A stretch of DNA of 26,811 nucleotides from a virus. The position numbers were made by a program, and so were the translations under genes. Below, piece after piece: positions 17,830 through 26,811 of the stretch (positions within the stretch are counted from its first letter, which is position 1; every line of letters starts with the position of its first letter). The stretch lies in the UHGV virus genome UHGV-0179250; one strand, 5' to 3'. The notes below the pieces were generated by a model, which saw only the letters and a program-made list of their open reading frames with translations, was not told where the DNA came from and made no database searches.

Positions 17830-18881
17830 ATAATACCGTTTTACTTCGGGTTTCCGGTCGCGAATGGGGCGGCTGGACATCCGTCCGTATCAGTGCGGGC
17901 ATTAACCGTATTGCCCGGGATTTTAATGTTGCCATTACCACCCGCTGGCCCGGAAGCCGGGATTATCAGCCCCGGATAAAAAATGGTGAGCTGGTTGAAG
18001 TGCTTATCGGGGATGATCCCGTGCTCACCGGATATGTGGAGGCACTGCCGCTTCGTTATGACGCCAGCAGCGTCAGCATGGGTATTGTCGGGCGAAGCAA
18101 AACAGCCGATCTGGTTGACTGCTCTGCTTTGCCACTTCAGCAGAGCGGAAAAAACCTGCTCAGAATAGTCAGTGAACTGGCTGCGCCATTTGGCATCACC
18201 GTTGTTGATGCTGGCGTGCCGCAGACAGCGGTGATTGATGCCCAGCCGGAACACGGCGAAACTGTTGCCGATTGTCTTAACCGGTTGCTGGGGCAGGTTC
18301 AGACGCTGGCTTATGACGATGAATGCGGACGACTGGTTCTGGGGAAACCAGGAACAGGCAAGGCGGCGACAGCACTGGTGCTGGGAGAGAATATTCTTTC
18401 CTGTGACACGGAAAGAAGCATCAGAGAGCGGTTTTCTGAATATCAGGTCAGTGGGCAGCGCCCGGGCAACGACGATGATTTTGGTGAGGCCACCATTGCC
18501 GCAATACGTCAGACCATTCAGGACAGTGGCGTGACCCGTTATCGCCCTTTGTTGATTCAGCAGTCAGGTACAGCAACGACAGCAACCTGTAAGGCCCGTT
18601 GTGAATTTGAAGCGCGCCAACGGGCTGCGCTTACCCGTGAGACAACATATACGGTTCAGGGCTGGCGGCAGGGCAGTGGCGCGTTATGGCGTCCGGGGTT
18701 ATCTGTCATCGTTTTCGACCCGCTGAATAATTTTGATAATGATGAACTGGTGATCGCAGAAGTTACCTATAACCATGACGACCGGGGCACGACGACCGAA
18801 TTACGGGTTGGCCCGGCAGATGCTTATCTCCCTGAGCCTGTCACCGCCAGGAAGAAAAAAAATGTTGAGGAGGATTTCTGA
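17826..18881 (+). CDS. Baseplate hub protein (Mu gpP-like)
   Basis: 351 aa; position after the N-like gene, overlapping start. Confidence 0.7.
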   Translation: MNNTVLLRVSGREWGGWTSVRISAGINRIARDFNVAITTRWPGSRDYQPRIKNGELVEVLIGDDPVLTGYVEALPLRYDASSVSMGIVGRSKTADLVDCSALPLQQSGKNLLRIVSELAAPFGITVVDAGVPQTAVIDAQPEHGETVADCLNRLLGQVQTLAYDDECGRLVLGKPGTGKAATALVLGENILSCDTERSIRERFSEYQVSGQRPGNDDDFGEATIAAIRQTIQDSGVTRYRPLLIQQSGTATTATCKARCEFEARQRAALTRETTYTVQGWRQGSGALWRPGLSVIVFDPLNNFDNDELVIAEVTYNHDDRGTTTELRVGPADAYLPEPVTARKKKNVEEDF

Positions 18882-19414
18882 TGAACGGGTTTTCTCTTCG
18901 CAATCTGATTTCCCGGGCTGTCATCACGGCGGTGGATTCCGCCAGAAAGTGTCAGTCTGTAGGGTTGAAAATGATAGCCGGAGATCAGAAACAACACGTT
19001 GAGCACCTTGAGCCTTATGGTTTTACATCTGCCGCACAGAACGGTGCTGAGGGCGTTGCTTTATTCCCGGCAGGCGACCGTTCTCATGGTGTGGTTGTGG
19101 TCGTGTCTGACAGACGTTACAGGTTGAAAGGACTGAAACGTGGGGAAGTGGCGCTTTATGACGATCAGGGGCAGTCCGTTGTCCTGACCCGTTCCGGTAT
19201 TGTGGTGAACGGGGCCGGGAAGCCCATTATTTTTAAAAACGCGCCTAAAGCGCGCTTTGAAATGCCTGTCGAATCCACCGCTGATATTACTGACAATTGC
19301 GACAGTGGCGGACTTAGCATGCAGCAAATGCGGCAGACCTACAATGCCCACAAACACCCCGAAAATGGTGATGGTGGCGGAGTTACTGACACACCGGATC
19401 AACCGATGGGCTGA
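18881..19414 (+). CDS. Baseplate spike / assembly protein V (Mu gp45-like)
   Basis: 177 aa with C-terminal HKHPENGDGGG motif typical of gpV-type spikes. Confidence 0.75.
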   Translation: MNGFSLRNLISRAVITAVDSARKCQSVGLKMIAGDQKQHVEHLEPYGFTSAAQNGAEGVALFPAGDRSHGVVVVVSDRRYRLKGLKRGEVALYDDQGQSVVLTRSGIVVNGAGKPIIFKNAPKARFEMPVESTADITDNCDSGGLSMQQMRQTYNAHKHPENGDGGGVTDTPDQPMG

Positions 19415-19419
19415 AAATC

Positions 19420-19833
19420 ATGATGATTAATGTTAACGGGCGACCCGTGTCGACCGGGGCTTCGAACGACCTTCTGACGCGTGCTGTGATTATTTCGCTT
19501 TTTACCTGGCGGCGTGCCGGGCGGGATGATGATGCACCGCAGATATTTGGATGGTGGGGGGATACCTGGCCTGCGGTTCAGAATGATCGCACGGGGTCGC
19601 GTCTGTATCTGTTGCGACGCAGCAAGCTGACAAATAAAACCCCGCAGCTTGCCAGAGATTATGCCCGTGAGGCGCTGGCGTGGATGGTGGAGGATGGTGT
19701 TGCTTCCCGTCTTGATATTAACGCTGTCCGGACCGGGACAGACTCGCTGACACTTGCTATTACCATTTACCAGCGTGACGGCAATATTCACAACATTATT
19801 TTTGATGATATCTGGAGTGAACTGAATGGCTGA
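19420..19833 (+). CDS. Baseplate protein, GP46 family
   Basis: 137 aa; position between spike and J-like protein in Mu-like order. Confidence 0.7.
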   Translation: MMINVNGRPVSTGASNDLLTRAVIISLFTWRRAGRDDDAPQIFGWWGDTWPAVQNDRTGSRLYLLRRSKLTNKTPQLARDYAREALAWMVEDGVASRLDINAVRTGTDSLTLAITIYQRDGNIHNIIFDDIWSELNG

Positions 19834-20908
19834 CAGTCAGTTTTATCGCCCCGGCCTCCCGCAACTTATTTCTATGATCCGGAGCGATTTATTAACCCGC
19901 TTTGAGCAGGATACGCTGCTTCGTCGTATGGATGCGGAAGTGTATGCCCGTGTACAGGCTGCAGCCGTACACACGTTATACGGGTATATCGATTATCTTG
20001 CCAGAAATCTGTTGCCGGACATGTGTGATGAAGACTGGTTGTACCGGCACGCCAGAATCAAACGCTGCCCGCGAAAAGATGCGGTGGCAGCCCGGGGATT
20101 TGTGCGCTGGGATGGCGTAGAGGGGACGCCGGTATTGCCAGCGGGAACGCAGATCCAGCGTGATGATCAGGTGACCTTCACCACGACGGCGACGGTGACC
20201 GCAGCCGATGGTCTTCTCCGGGTGCCTGTTGTGGCAGACGAACCGGGATCGGCGGGGAATACGGATGATGGTATTGCCATGCAGCTGGGAACACCCGTCA
20301 GTGGTCTGCCGTCCACAGGGTACGCAGACACCATTACAGACGGTGAAGATATTGAAAATCTGGAAATATGGCGTGCCCGCGTTATGGAACGTTATTACTA
20401 CATTCCACAGGGGGGCGCAGACCCTGATTATGTTATCTGGGCGAAAGAAGTTCAGGGTATTAACCGTGCATGGACTTTCAGACACTGGAAAGGGATTGGA
20501 ACGGTTGGCGTGATGGTGGCGACAAACGATCCGGAACACCCGGCCCCGGATGAAAGCGTGATTAACGCAGTCAGGGACCACATCCTTCCTCTGGCACCTG
20601 TTGCCGGAAGCGGATTGTATGTATTCGGTGCCACAGAAAAAGTCATCCCGATGACGATTGCGTTATCGAAAGACACACCGCAGATCAGGACTGCAATAAA
20701 AGCAGAACTGAATGCGCTGATGTTCCGGGATGGTGTGCCGGAAGGGCGCATGTATCTGTCCAGAATCAGCGAGGCTATCAGTTTATCTGCAGGCGAGGTG
20801 GCCCATAGACTCATCGACCCTTCATCGGATATTGACCTGGGGGAAACTGAGCTTCCGGTACTCGGGGAGATCACATGGCAGGCTTATGATCCGGCAAGGA
20901 GTAAATAA
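19826..20908 (+). CDS. Baseplate J-like protein (Mu gp47-like)
   Basis: 360 aa; position and size typical. Confidence 0.8.
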   Translation: MADSQFYRPGLPQLISMIRSDLLTRFEQDTLLRRMDAEVYARVQAAAVHTLYGYIDYLARNLLPDMCDEDWLYRHARIKRCPRKDAVAARGFVRWDGVEGTPVLPAGTQIQRDDQVTFTTTATVTAADGLLRVPVVADEPGSAGNTDDGIAMQLGTPVSGLPSTGYADTITDGEDIENLEIWRARVMERYYYIPQGGADPDYVIWAKEVQGINRAWTFRHWKGIGTVGVMVATNDPEHPAPDESVINAVRDHILPLAPVAGSGLYVFGATEKVIPMTIALSKDTPQIRTAIKAELNALMFRDGVPEGRMYLSRISEAISLSAGEVAHRLIDPSSDIDLGETELPVLGEITWQAYDPARSK

Positions 20909-21498
20909 TGGATACGTTACAGGATGATTATACAAAATTGTTATATGGCCTGATGCCTCCGGGGCCTGCATGGTCAGATACTGACGGCGTACTTGACGGT
21001 CTGGCACCATCGCTTGTGCGTGTTCACCAGCGGGCTGATGAACTGGTGATTGAAATCGATCCCGGTCAGTCAACAGAGCTGATTGAACGTTATGAAGAAT
21101 TGTATGGTTTGCCTGACACCTGTTCCCCTGTCGGGAGTCAGACATTACGCCAGCGTCAGCAACGGCTGGAAGCAAAAGCTAATGTAGCTGGCGGCATAAA
21201 TGAGCAGTTTTTTCTGGATCAGCTTGAGGCACTGGGATATACCGGCGTGACGATCGAACAGTTCCAGAATCTGGACGCAAGCCCAGATCCGGAATGGGGA
21301 GATCGCTGGCGTTATTTCTGGCGTGTGACGTTACCAGTGGATGCTGGCGCTCAGTGGCAGACATGTACGGATGCCTGCAACACACCGATTCGGACGTGGG
21401 GTGATACGATTGCGGAGTGCGTGATTAATAAATTATGTCCGTCGCATACCGTTGTTTTATTTTCCTATCCAGATGAGGCTGAAGATGCACAGGATTGA
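20908..21498 (+). CDS. Baseplate/tail protein, Mu gp48-like (DUF2313 / YmfQ-like)
   Basis: 196 aa; immediately precedes the tail-fibre gene. Confidence 0.65.
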   Translation: MDTLQDDYTKLLYGLMPPGPAWSDTDGVLDGLAPSLVRVHQRADELVIEIDPGQSTELIERYEELYGLPDTCSPVGSQTLRQRQQRLEAKANVAGGINEQFFLDQLEALGYTGVTIEQFQNLDASPDPEWGDRWRYFWRVTLPVDAGAQWQTCTDACNTPIRTWGDTIAECVINKLCPSHTVVLFSYPDEAEDAQD

Positions 21499-22504
21499 TA
21501 CGCTGACTGCGGTAAAAGATAAGTTTGGTCCGGGTAAGAACGGATTTACTGACGGAAATATTCGGACGGGGCGTCTTGCCACCTGGCTGAACAGTGCCAT
21601 GTGGGATGCCATTCAGGAGGAAATGTGCGCCGTTATTGAGAGGGCCGGGATAGAACTGAATAAAGAAGAACACGATCAGCTATATAAAGCCATATTGTTG
21701 CTGGCAGGTGGTGTGATTAACGAAGTGGCATTGCTGGCAAAAAATAATCTTTCGGATGTGGAAGACAAGGATGAGGCTGTTGAAAACCTCGGATTAAAAC
21801 CCACGGTGGACAAGGCAAAAAATGCCGTTCAGCGTGATGGTGACACCATGACCGGAGAACTAAAAATCCGTGGTGTTAATGCGCTGAGGATTTTCAACGA
21901 CGCTTTTGGCCTGATTTTTCGTCGTTCGGAAGAGTTCCTGCACCTTATCCCTACCAGTGAAGGTCAGGGCGAAAACGGTGATATCGGCCCATTAAGGCCA
22001 TTTGCTATAAATCTGAGAACAGGTGCTATATCTGTCAGCCACGGGGCCAAAATTGATGGTGGGCTGGCGCTTGGTACAGATAACGCGCTGGGTGGAAACT
22101 CAATTGCTTTCGGGGATAACGATACCGGCCTGAAACAGAATGGTGATGGCCTGCTGGATGTTTATGCCAATAGCGTGCATGTGTTGCGTTTTCAGGCTGG
22201 CAGTATCCAGAGTAATAAACCTGTAAACGTTACCGGGCGGGTAACACCGTCAGACTACGGAAACTTTGATGCCCGTTACCAGACCAAATCAGGGGGCGTG
22301 CAGAATTTTCAGTACACCAGTGAGGTGTTTTACAACCCTGGTGGGAATGAGCGCAGCTGGACGTTTCGGGCACCTTCTGGTTGTGTTTTGTCAGGCATTA
22401 ATGTTCAGGACACTGGCAGTAACTCTGCAGATAATATCGGTGGCGTGTATTACAAACAGGCTCAGATTTATATCAATGGTGCATGGCGATCCGTATCAGG
22501 TTAA
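21485..22504 (+). CDS. Tail fibre protein (short fibre, Mu gpS position)
   Basis: About 339 aa, Gly/Asn-rich C-terminus; start MHRIDTL with GAGG RBS; followed by a Tfa chaperone. Confidence 0.65.
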   Translation: MHRIDTLTAVKDKFGPGKNGFTDGNIRTGRLATWLNSAMWDAIQEEMCAVIERAGIELNKEEHDQLYKAILLLAGGVINEVALLAKNNLSDVEDKDEAVENLGLKPTVDKAKNAVQRDGDTMTGELKIRGVNALRIFNDAFGLIFRRSEEFLHLIPTSEGQGENGDIGPLRPFAINLRTGAISVSHGAKIDGGLALGTDNALGGNSIAFGDNDTGLKQNGDGLLDVYANSVHVLRFQAGSIQSNKPVNVTGRVTPSDYGNFDARYQTKSGGVQNFQYTSEVFYNPGGNERSWTFRAPSGCVLSGINVQDTGSNSADNIGGVYYKQAQIYINGAWRSVSG

Positions 22505-22517
22505 TTAAGGAGAAATA

Positions 22518-23048
22518 ATGGAACTCGTAAACGTTACGCGTTACTACCCTGAAGATATGCCTTATGGTGAAGGCATTCAGTATTTCCGTAGTGAAGACGG
22601 GCAGGATTTTTATGAATCACTGGATAAGTTCACGAAGAAATACAAGCTGTGCACGCATCCTGAAACCGGCATTATTTATTCCATGGCGGAAGATGTATCC
22701 CGCCTTTATCCCGTTGGTTTTACCATTGTGGAAGTGGATGAACTACCGGAAGGATTTTGCATTGAAGCCCGCTGGTATTATAAAGACGGTGAAGTGCTGC
22801 CGGTCCCTGTTGACTACCGGCAGCAGGCAGAGTCGGAGCGTGCACGTCTTACTGCGATTGCCGAACGGGAAATATCCGATAAGAAGACGGATTTACTTCT
22901 GGGAATCATCAGTGATGAAGAAAAAGAAAAGCTGACAGCCTGGCGCATTTACGCGAAATCGCTGCAGGCGATGGATTTCAGCACCATCACTGATAAAGTC
23001 TCATATAACGCCATTGAATGGCCCGTCTCTCCGGAAGCCTCTTCCTGA
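22518..23048 (+). CDS. Tail fibre assembly protein (Tfa family)
   Basis: 176 aa ending ...AIEWPVSPEASS, the C-terminal signature of Tfa/gpG-type chaperones; strong RBS. Confidence 0.75.
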   Translation: MELVNVTRYYPEDMPYGEGIQYFRSEDGQDFYESLDKFTKKYKLCTHPETGIIYSMAEDVSRLYPVGFTIVEVDELPEGFCIEARWYYKDGEVLPVPVDYRQQAESERARLTAIAEREISDKKTDLLLGIISDEEKEKLTAWRIYAKSLQAMDFSTITDKVSYNAIEWPVSPEASS

Positions 23049-23071
23049 TTTAATTTATCGCGAGAAAAACT

Positions 23072-25993
23072 ATGTCTGTAGTGATATCAGGTGCGCTGAT
23101 TGATGGCGCAGGCATCCCCATGTCCGGATGCCACATAATTCTGAAATCCCGGGTAAACACGTCAGAAGTGGTGATGCGCACAGTTGCTGATGTGGTGACA
23201 GGAAACTGTGGCGAGTACTGTTTTAAGGCGCAGACCGGAAAATACTGCGTATATCTGAAACAGGACTGGCGCGACGAGTACTGTGTTGGCGACATTGCCG
23301 TATACGACGATTCAAAGCCCGGCACGCTGAACGACTTTCTGACTGCCCTTGATGAAGGCGACCTCAAACCCGACGTGGTGAAACGCTTCGAAGAAATGTT
23401 GGCGCAGGCGCAGCAGAGCGCGGAAGCGGCAGCGGAAAGCGAACGACAGTCCGGGCAACACGCAGCTGATGCGCAGAAGATTAAGGATGATTGCCAGATG
23501 CTGGCGGATAACGTACAGCAGAATGCAGAAGCCGTTGCCGAAGATAAACAGCGCGTTGCACAGCTGGCCTCAGAAGTTGAGCAGAACGCCGGGCAGGTAC
23601 AGCAGGGTGTGCAGAGTGTTACAGATGCAGTAAAGCAGGCTCAACAGGCAGCAGATGACTCAGCATCCAGCGCAGAGGAATCAAAAAACAATGCGGATAA
23701 CGCCGCCCTGAGCGAGCAGAATGCGAAAAGTTGCGCTGATAATGCTGCCGGAAGTGCACAGCAGACCGCACAGGATGTGAAGGCAACCGCAGCGGCGCGT
23801 GATGATGCAGAGCGTTTTGCTGATGAAGCCAGAAAGAATGCGGTTGCAACGGCTGCGGACAGGGAATCCACTGCGGAGGATGCGAAACAAACCGGTCAGA
23901 ATGCCGCCGCGGCCGCCATAAGTGCTCAGGAGGCGAAAGACGCGGCCGGGCATGTGCAGGGATTCATTCATGACCACCTTTCAGTATCAACCCGTTATTC
24001 GGTAACAGAGGCGAACCTTCAGCTACAGGCGTTGAGAATAAACAGCGGGCGCTACGAGGGGCTGTGGCGCTACCTGAATGCGAACGGTGGTATCAACTGG
24101 TATTTGCTGTTTCTTGCCGTGTATGAAAGTGAAGGAAAATGCTTTTCCCTCAGTGACCGTATGACAATTTGCGAAAAGGCGTTAAGACTGGGGCTTGTGG
24201 TTCCGTTTATGACCAGTTGCCGTTATGAAGCCGGGCAGCGCCTGACAATAAACGGCACGCTTTTTTTTGTTAATATCGCGGGCACCACCGGGGAAACGTT
24301 GCCTGATATCAGCTCTGTAGCCCCCGGAGATTTTGTCCGGACCGGCTCCGCTGTGCTGGAGTGCCTGAAAAGCCCCTCAAACCGAATCCCGGCTGCATGG
24401 CAGTATTTTTTTCTGGATGTGGCTCCGGATTTGTATACCCCCGTTGCGCCGGACTCCACGGACAGCTACCCGGCGCTCTGGTTCGCCTGCATTGCTGAAT
24501 TTGCGGACAGTGCCTGGTTACAGGAGCCAGCCGGAATCGGCGGGTCCAGCCGCTGGGAAATCATAAAACAGGTGGCAAAGTTCAATATCGTTGCTGAAAT
24601 AAATCCGGTGGCCAGTCTGGTAAACGTATTCCAGCACAATCTTGCACCCGGTGACCGGGCTTATGCACAGTGTTTTTGTCAGGATAACGCAGAGGTTTAT
24701 GCTGGTTTACGTGCACTGAAAACACTGGCTGACCTTGCCGGAGATACCACTGCTGCAACTGAATATACCGCTGCCATGAAAACCATCAGGGCTGGCCTGC
24801 TTGCGTTGTTTGTACCTGAACAAAAACGGTTCCTGACGTATTACAACGAGACGGATTACCCGGCAGAGCCTGGTGAAGGGCGTTTTGTTGATAAGGACCG
24901 TTTTTCTGTGGCCCCGTGGCGCTTTGGGGTGCTGGAAACACAGGAAGAAGTGGAACGGTACGGCAGGCAGGTTCTGGACGCCATACAGAGTGCTTACCCG
25001 GACCTGTTCACGGCAAATTACGACGGCATTGATACGTTTGCCATGAGTGATTTTTTTGCTTTTGTGGCAAAGGTTACCACTTCTCAGACGGCAGCCACGG
25101 CTGCCATCAGACGCCTGCAAATCCGGGCGACATCTGCCGTCACGGTGGCCGACGTTGCCGCCGCCATATCCGTTACAGCCTGGGGAAAAATCCCACAGTT
25201 TCGTGCCTGTGATTTTATGCGCATCAACGGGCATTCCGTGCTCGGAGGGGGCGATATCACGCTGGGCGCGGCGGCCACAATGGAGCCACAGAGTGATATT
25301 CGCGACAGGACGGAAGGCAGGCTGGCACTTCCCGATGCCTTCGGTTTTGGGCGTATATTCAACACAAACGAAACTGTCCGCTTTGACTCAGAAAATGATT
25401 TTCTGGTGTGGGTAAAACAGGTCACGCCAGGAGAATATTTTGTTGAGGGTGGCAATAAAATTATACCCAATGTGCTGTTCAGCGGGATTGTCAGTATTCG
25501 GTGGATTGAGTCCAGATATGCCACACCGAGTCCGATAAATACAGCAAAGGCGATTATTTTCTATGGTGTTAATGGCCACATTTATTACAACCGCTACTGG
25601 ACCACAGGAAATGGTTATCTCATTGACTGGGAATCACTGAAGGTAACCTCGCAGGACATTATTGCTCTTCTGTCCGGCCTTGCTCCCGGAGCTACAGATA
25701 CCTGGTACGGCACTGGCAGCCTGATACTGGCGGCATATAACGGCCAGGGAAACGCAGACCCGGACCGCAGAATAAAGCGAGGTTACAGCTATCCTGGGTC
25801 ACGTCTGAGTGCGGTTGAATTGATGTGTTACGGTACGACCGGGACCGGGGTTAAATACAACGGCAGTGTTTCTGTGTATGTTCAGGGTTCCGGTGGCGGA
25901 ATGCCAGGCACATACCGGGCATTGTCGGGGAATGGACTGGGGTCTGCCGGTTCCGCCAGCGCCATGATTGGTCTGTTTATACGAGTTGCGTAG
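23072..25993 (+). CDS. Side tail fibre (lambda Stf-like N-terminal domain, Ala/Gln-rich coiled coil, large divergent C-terminal domain)
   Basis: N-terminus MSVVISGALIDGAGIPMSGCHIILKSRVNTSEV...DDSKPGTLNDFL parallels the lambda Stf N-terminal domain (from memory); about 180-aa Ala/Gln-rich repeat segment; C-terminal ~650 aa unrecognised. Confidence 0.75.
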   Translation: MSVVISGALIDGAGIPMSGCHIILKSRVNTSEVVMRTVADVVTGNCGEYCFKAQTGKYCVYLKQDWRDEYCVGDIAVYDDSKPGTLNDFLTALDEGDLKPDVVKRFEEMLAQAQQSAEAAAESERQSGQHAADAQKIKDDCQMLADNVQQNAEAVAEDKQRVAQLASEVEQNAGQVQQGVQSVTDAVKQAQQAADDSASSAEESKNNADNAALSEQNAKSCADNAAGSAQQTAQDVKATAAARDDAERFADEARKNAVATAADRESTAEDAKQTGQNAAAAAISAQEAKDAAGHVQGFIHDHLSVSTRYSVTEANLQLQALRINSGRYEGLWRYLNANGGINWYLLFLAVYESEGKCFSLSDRMTICEKALRLGLVVPFMTSCRYEAGQRLTINGTLFFVNIAGTTGETLPDISSVAPGDFVRTGSAVLECLKSPSNRIPAAWQYFFLDVAPDLYTPVAPDSTDSYPALWFACIAEFADSAWLQEPAGIGGSSRWEIIKQVAKFNIVAEINPVASLVNVFQHNLAPGDRAYAQCFCQDNAEVYAGLRALKTLADLAGDTTAATEYTAAMKTIRAGLLALFVPEQKRFLTYYNETDYPAEPGEGRFVDKDRFSVAPWRFGVLETQEEVERYGRQVLDAIQSAYPDLFTANYDGIDTFAMSDFFAFVAKVTTSQTAATAAIRRLQIRATSAVTVADVAAAISVTAWGKIPQFRACDFMRINGHSVLGGGDITLGAAATMEPQSDIRDRTEGRLALPDAFGFGRIFNTNETVRFDSENDFLVWVKQVTPGEYFVEGGNKIIPNVLFSGIVSIRWIESRYATPSPINTAKAIIFYGVNGHIYYNRYWTTGNGYLIDWESLKVTSQDIIALLSGLAPGATDTWYGTGSLILAAYNGQGNADPDRRIKRGYSYPGSRLSAVELMCYGTTGTGVKYNGSVSVYVQGSGGGMPGTYRALSGNGLGSAGSASAMIGLFIRVA

Positions 25994-26000
25994 GTGATTT

Positions 26001-26564
26001 ATGGAAGTAAAAAAAATCGAAAATGCGCGCTGGCTGGAAAGCGGCGCGATTGACTGCGACGTATTGTTTGAGGGGATGGACGAGGCCCTGCCGTATACAG
26101 CGACAGCAGACGATACCGCACCGACGGGCCAGCAAATCTGGCAGGAACTGCAAAGTGGCAAATGGGGTGAAATCGCCCCGTTTACAGTCACGCCTGAACT
26201 TATCGCAGCGGCAAAAGATGCCAAAAAGATGGAAATCGAGGCGTGGCGCACAGAACAGGAGGCACTGCCGTTCACGTTCGAATGGAATGGTCGCACCTGG
26301 AACGCTGGCCCCGACTCAATGGCTCGTCTTTATCCGGTGGTAATGGCTGCAAAATCTGATACGGCACGAACCGCCCTTGCGTGGGGCGACGCTGATAATC
26401 AACAGGTGAAACTGTCGATGCCGGAACTGGAAGAACTGGCAGCCGCGATGGCGCAGGCGCAGGTCGATCGCAACGCCGAGATTTATCGCCGTCAGCGAGA
26501 GATGAAGGATGAACTGAATAATCTGGAGGATTTGGCTTCAGTTCGAGTGTTTGACGTTACGTAA
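26001..26564 (+). CDS. Putative tail fibre chaperone-like protein (DUF4376-like)
   Basis: 187 aa directly after the large fibre gene; lacks the Tfa C-terminal EWP signature; motifs EAWRTEQEALPFTFEWNGRTWNAGPDS and RRQREMKDEL resemble DUF4376 proteins as I recall them. Confidence 0.45.
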   Translation: MEVKKIENARWLESGAIDCDVLFEGMDEALPYTATADDTAPTGQQIWQELQSGKWGEIAPFTVTPELIAAAKDAKKMEIEAWRTEQEALPFTFEWNGRTWNAGPDSMARLYPVVMAAKSDTARTALAWGDADNQQVKLSMPELEELAAAMAQAQVDRNAEIYRRQREMKDELNNLEDLASVRVFDVT

Positions 26565-26615
26565 TTGGTAAGTATGCATCATGCTGAATTGTTACCCTTA
26601 GTTACAAACAGAAAA

Positions 26616-26646
26616 GCCTCTGACTTCATAATCAGAGGCTTTTTTG
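26616..26646. terminator. Intrinsic terminator at the end of the fibre operon (bidirectional-looking)
   Basis: GCCTCTGA/TCAGAGGC 8-bp stem, 8-nt loop, then TTTTTTG on + strand; T-rich on the complement as well. Confidence 0.6.
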
Positions 26647-26763
26647 AAATGCACGTGCATTCTGCGTGTATATTTTTGTCTTTTTCTGGTCAGAACGCTG
26701 TCTGGTCAGTGTCCGTAAGTGACTGTTTTTATAGTCTCTGTCCGGTTGTGGTCCTATCAAAAG

Positions 26764-26811
26764 TGGTGGAGCTGGCGGGAGTTGAACCCGCGTCCGAAAT
26801 TCCTACATCCT
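26764..26811 (-). ncRNA. ssrA: tmRNA (ssrA) 3' end, partial; gene continues beyond the right window edge
   Basis: Reverse complement reads AGGATGTAGGAATTTCGGACGCGGGTTCAACTCCCGCCAGCTCCACCA, matching the 3' T-arm/acceptor/CCA end of enterobacterial tmRNA as I recall it. Confidence 0.8.

Noticed and set aside
19976-20581. Minus-strand 201-aa ORF inside the baseplate J-like gene
   Set aside because: Antisense to a translationally coupled structural gene; Arg/Cys/His-rich low-complexity product.
22564-22935. Alternate-frame + strand ORF (123 aa) inside the Tfa chaperone gene
   Set aside because: The Tfa frame has a strong RBS and the conserved C-terminal signature; the alternate frame has neither.
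23619-26343. Multiple minus-strand and alternate-frame ORFs inside the large fibre and chaperone-like genes
   Set aside because: Overlap a continuous 973-aa frame with recognisable N-terminal fibre domain; translations are low complexity.
21485-26564. Possible Mu-type invertible fibre segment
   Set aside because: Both fibre/chaperone pairs are on the same strand and no invertase gene or flanking inverted repeats are visible in the window.

Overview
This window is almost entirely the late region of a mosaic, temperate myovirus-type prophage that ends next to the host tmRNA gene (ssrA), probably in an E. coli/Shigella-like enterobacterial host. Reading left to right on the + strand: the 3' part of an orphan DNA methyltransferase, a small tRNA module (a degenerate tRNA-Thr-like element and an intact tRNA-Gly(UCC)), a long leader with two intrinsic terminators, a lysis cassette (two membrane proteins and a GH108-type endolysin), a short accessory islet of small ORFs including one convergent membrane-protein gene, then HNH endonuclease, small and large terminase, portal, prohead protease and HK97-like major capsid, followed by a Mu-like contractile tail and baseplate module and two tail-fibre/chaperone cassettes. 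The window closes with an intrinsic terminator and the 3' end of ssrA on the minus strand. All protein calls rest on reading the supplied translations for family-typical motifs and on gene order; no database search was run. I found no CRISPR array, integrase, invertase or recognisable defence system. The parts I consider most worth follow-up are the 973-aa chimeric side tail fibre with an unrecognised C-terminal domain, the accessory islet between endolysin and HNH, the predicted -1 frameshift in the tail chaperone, and the tRNA module.
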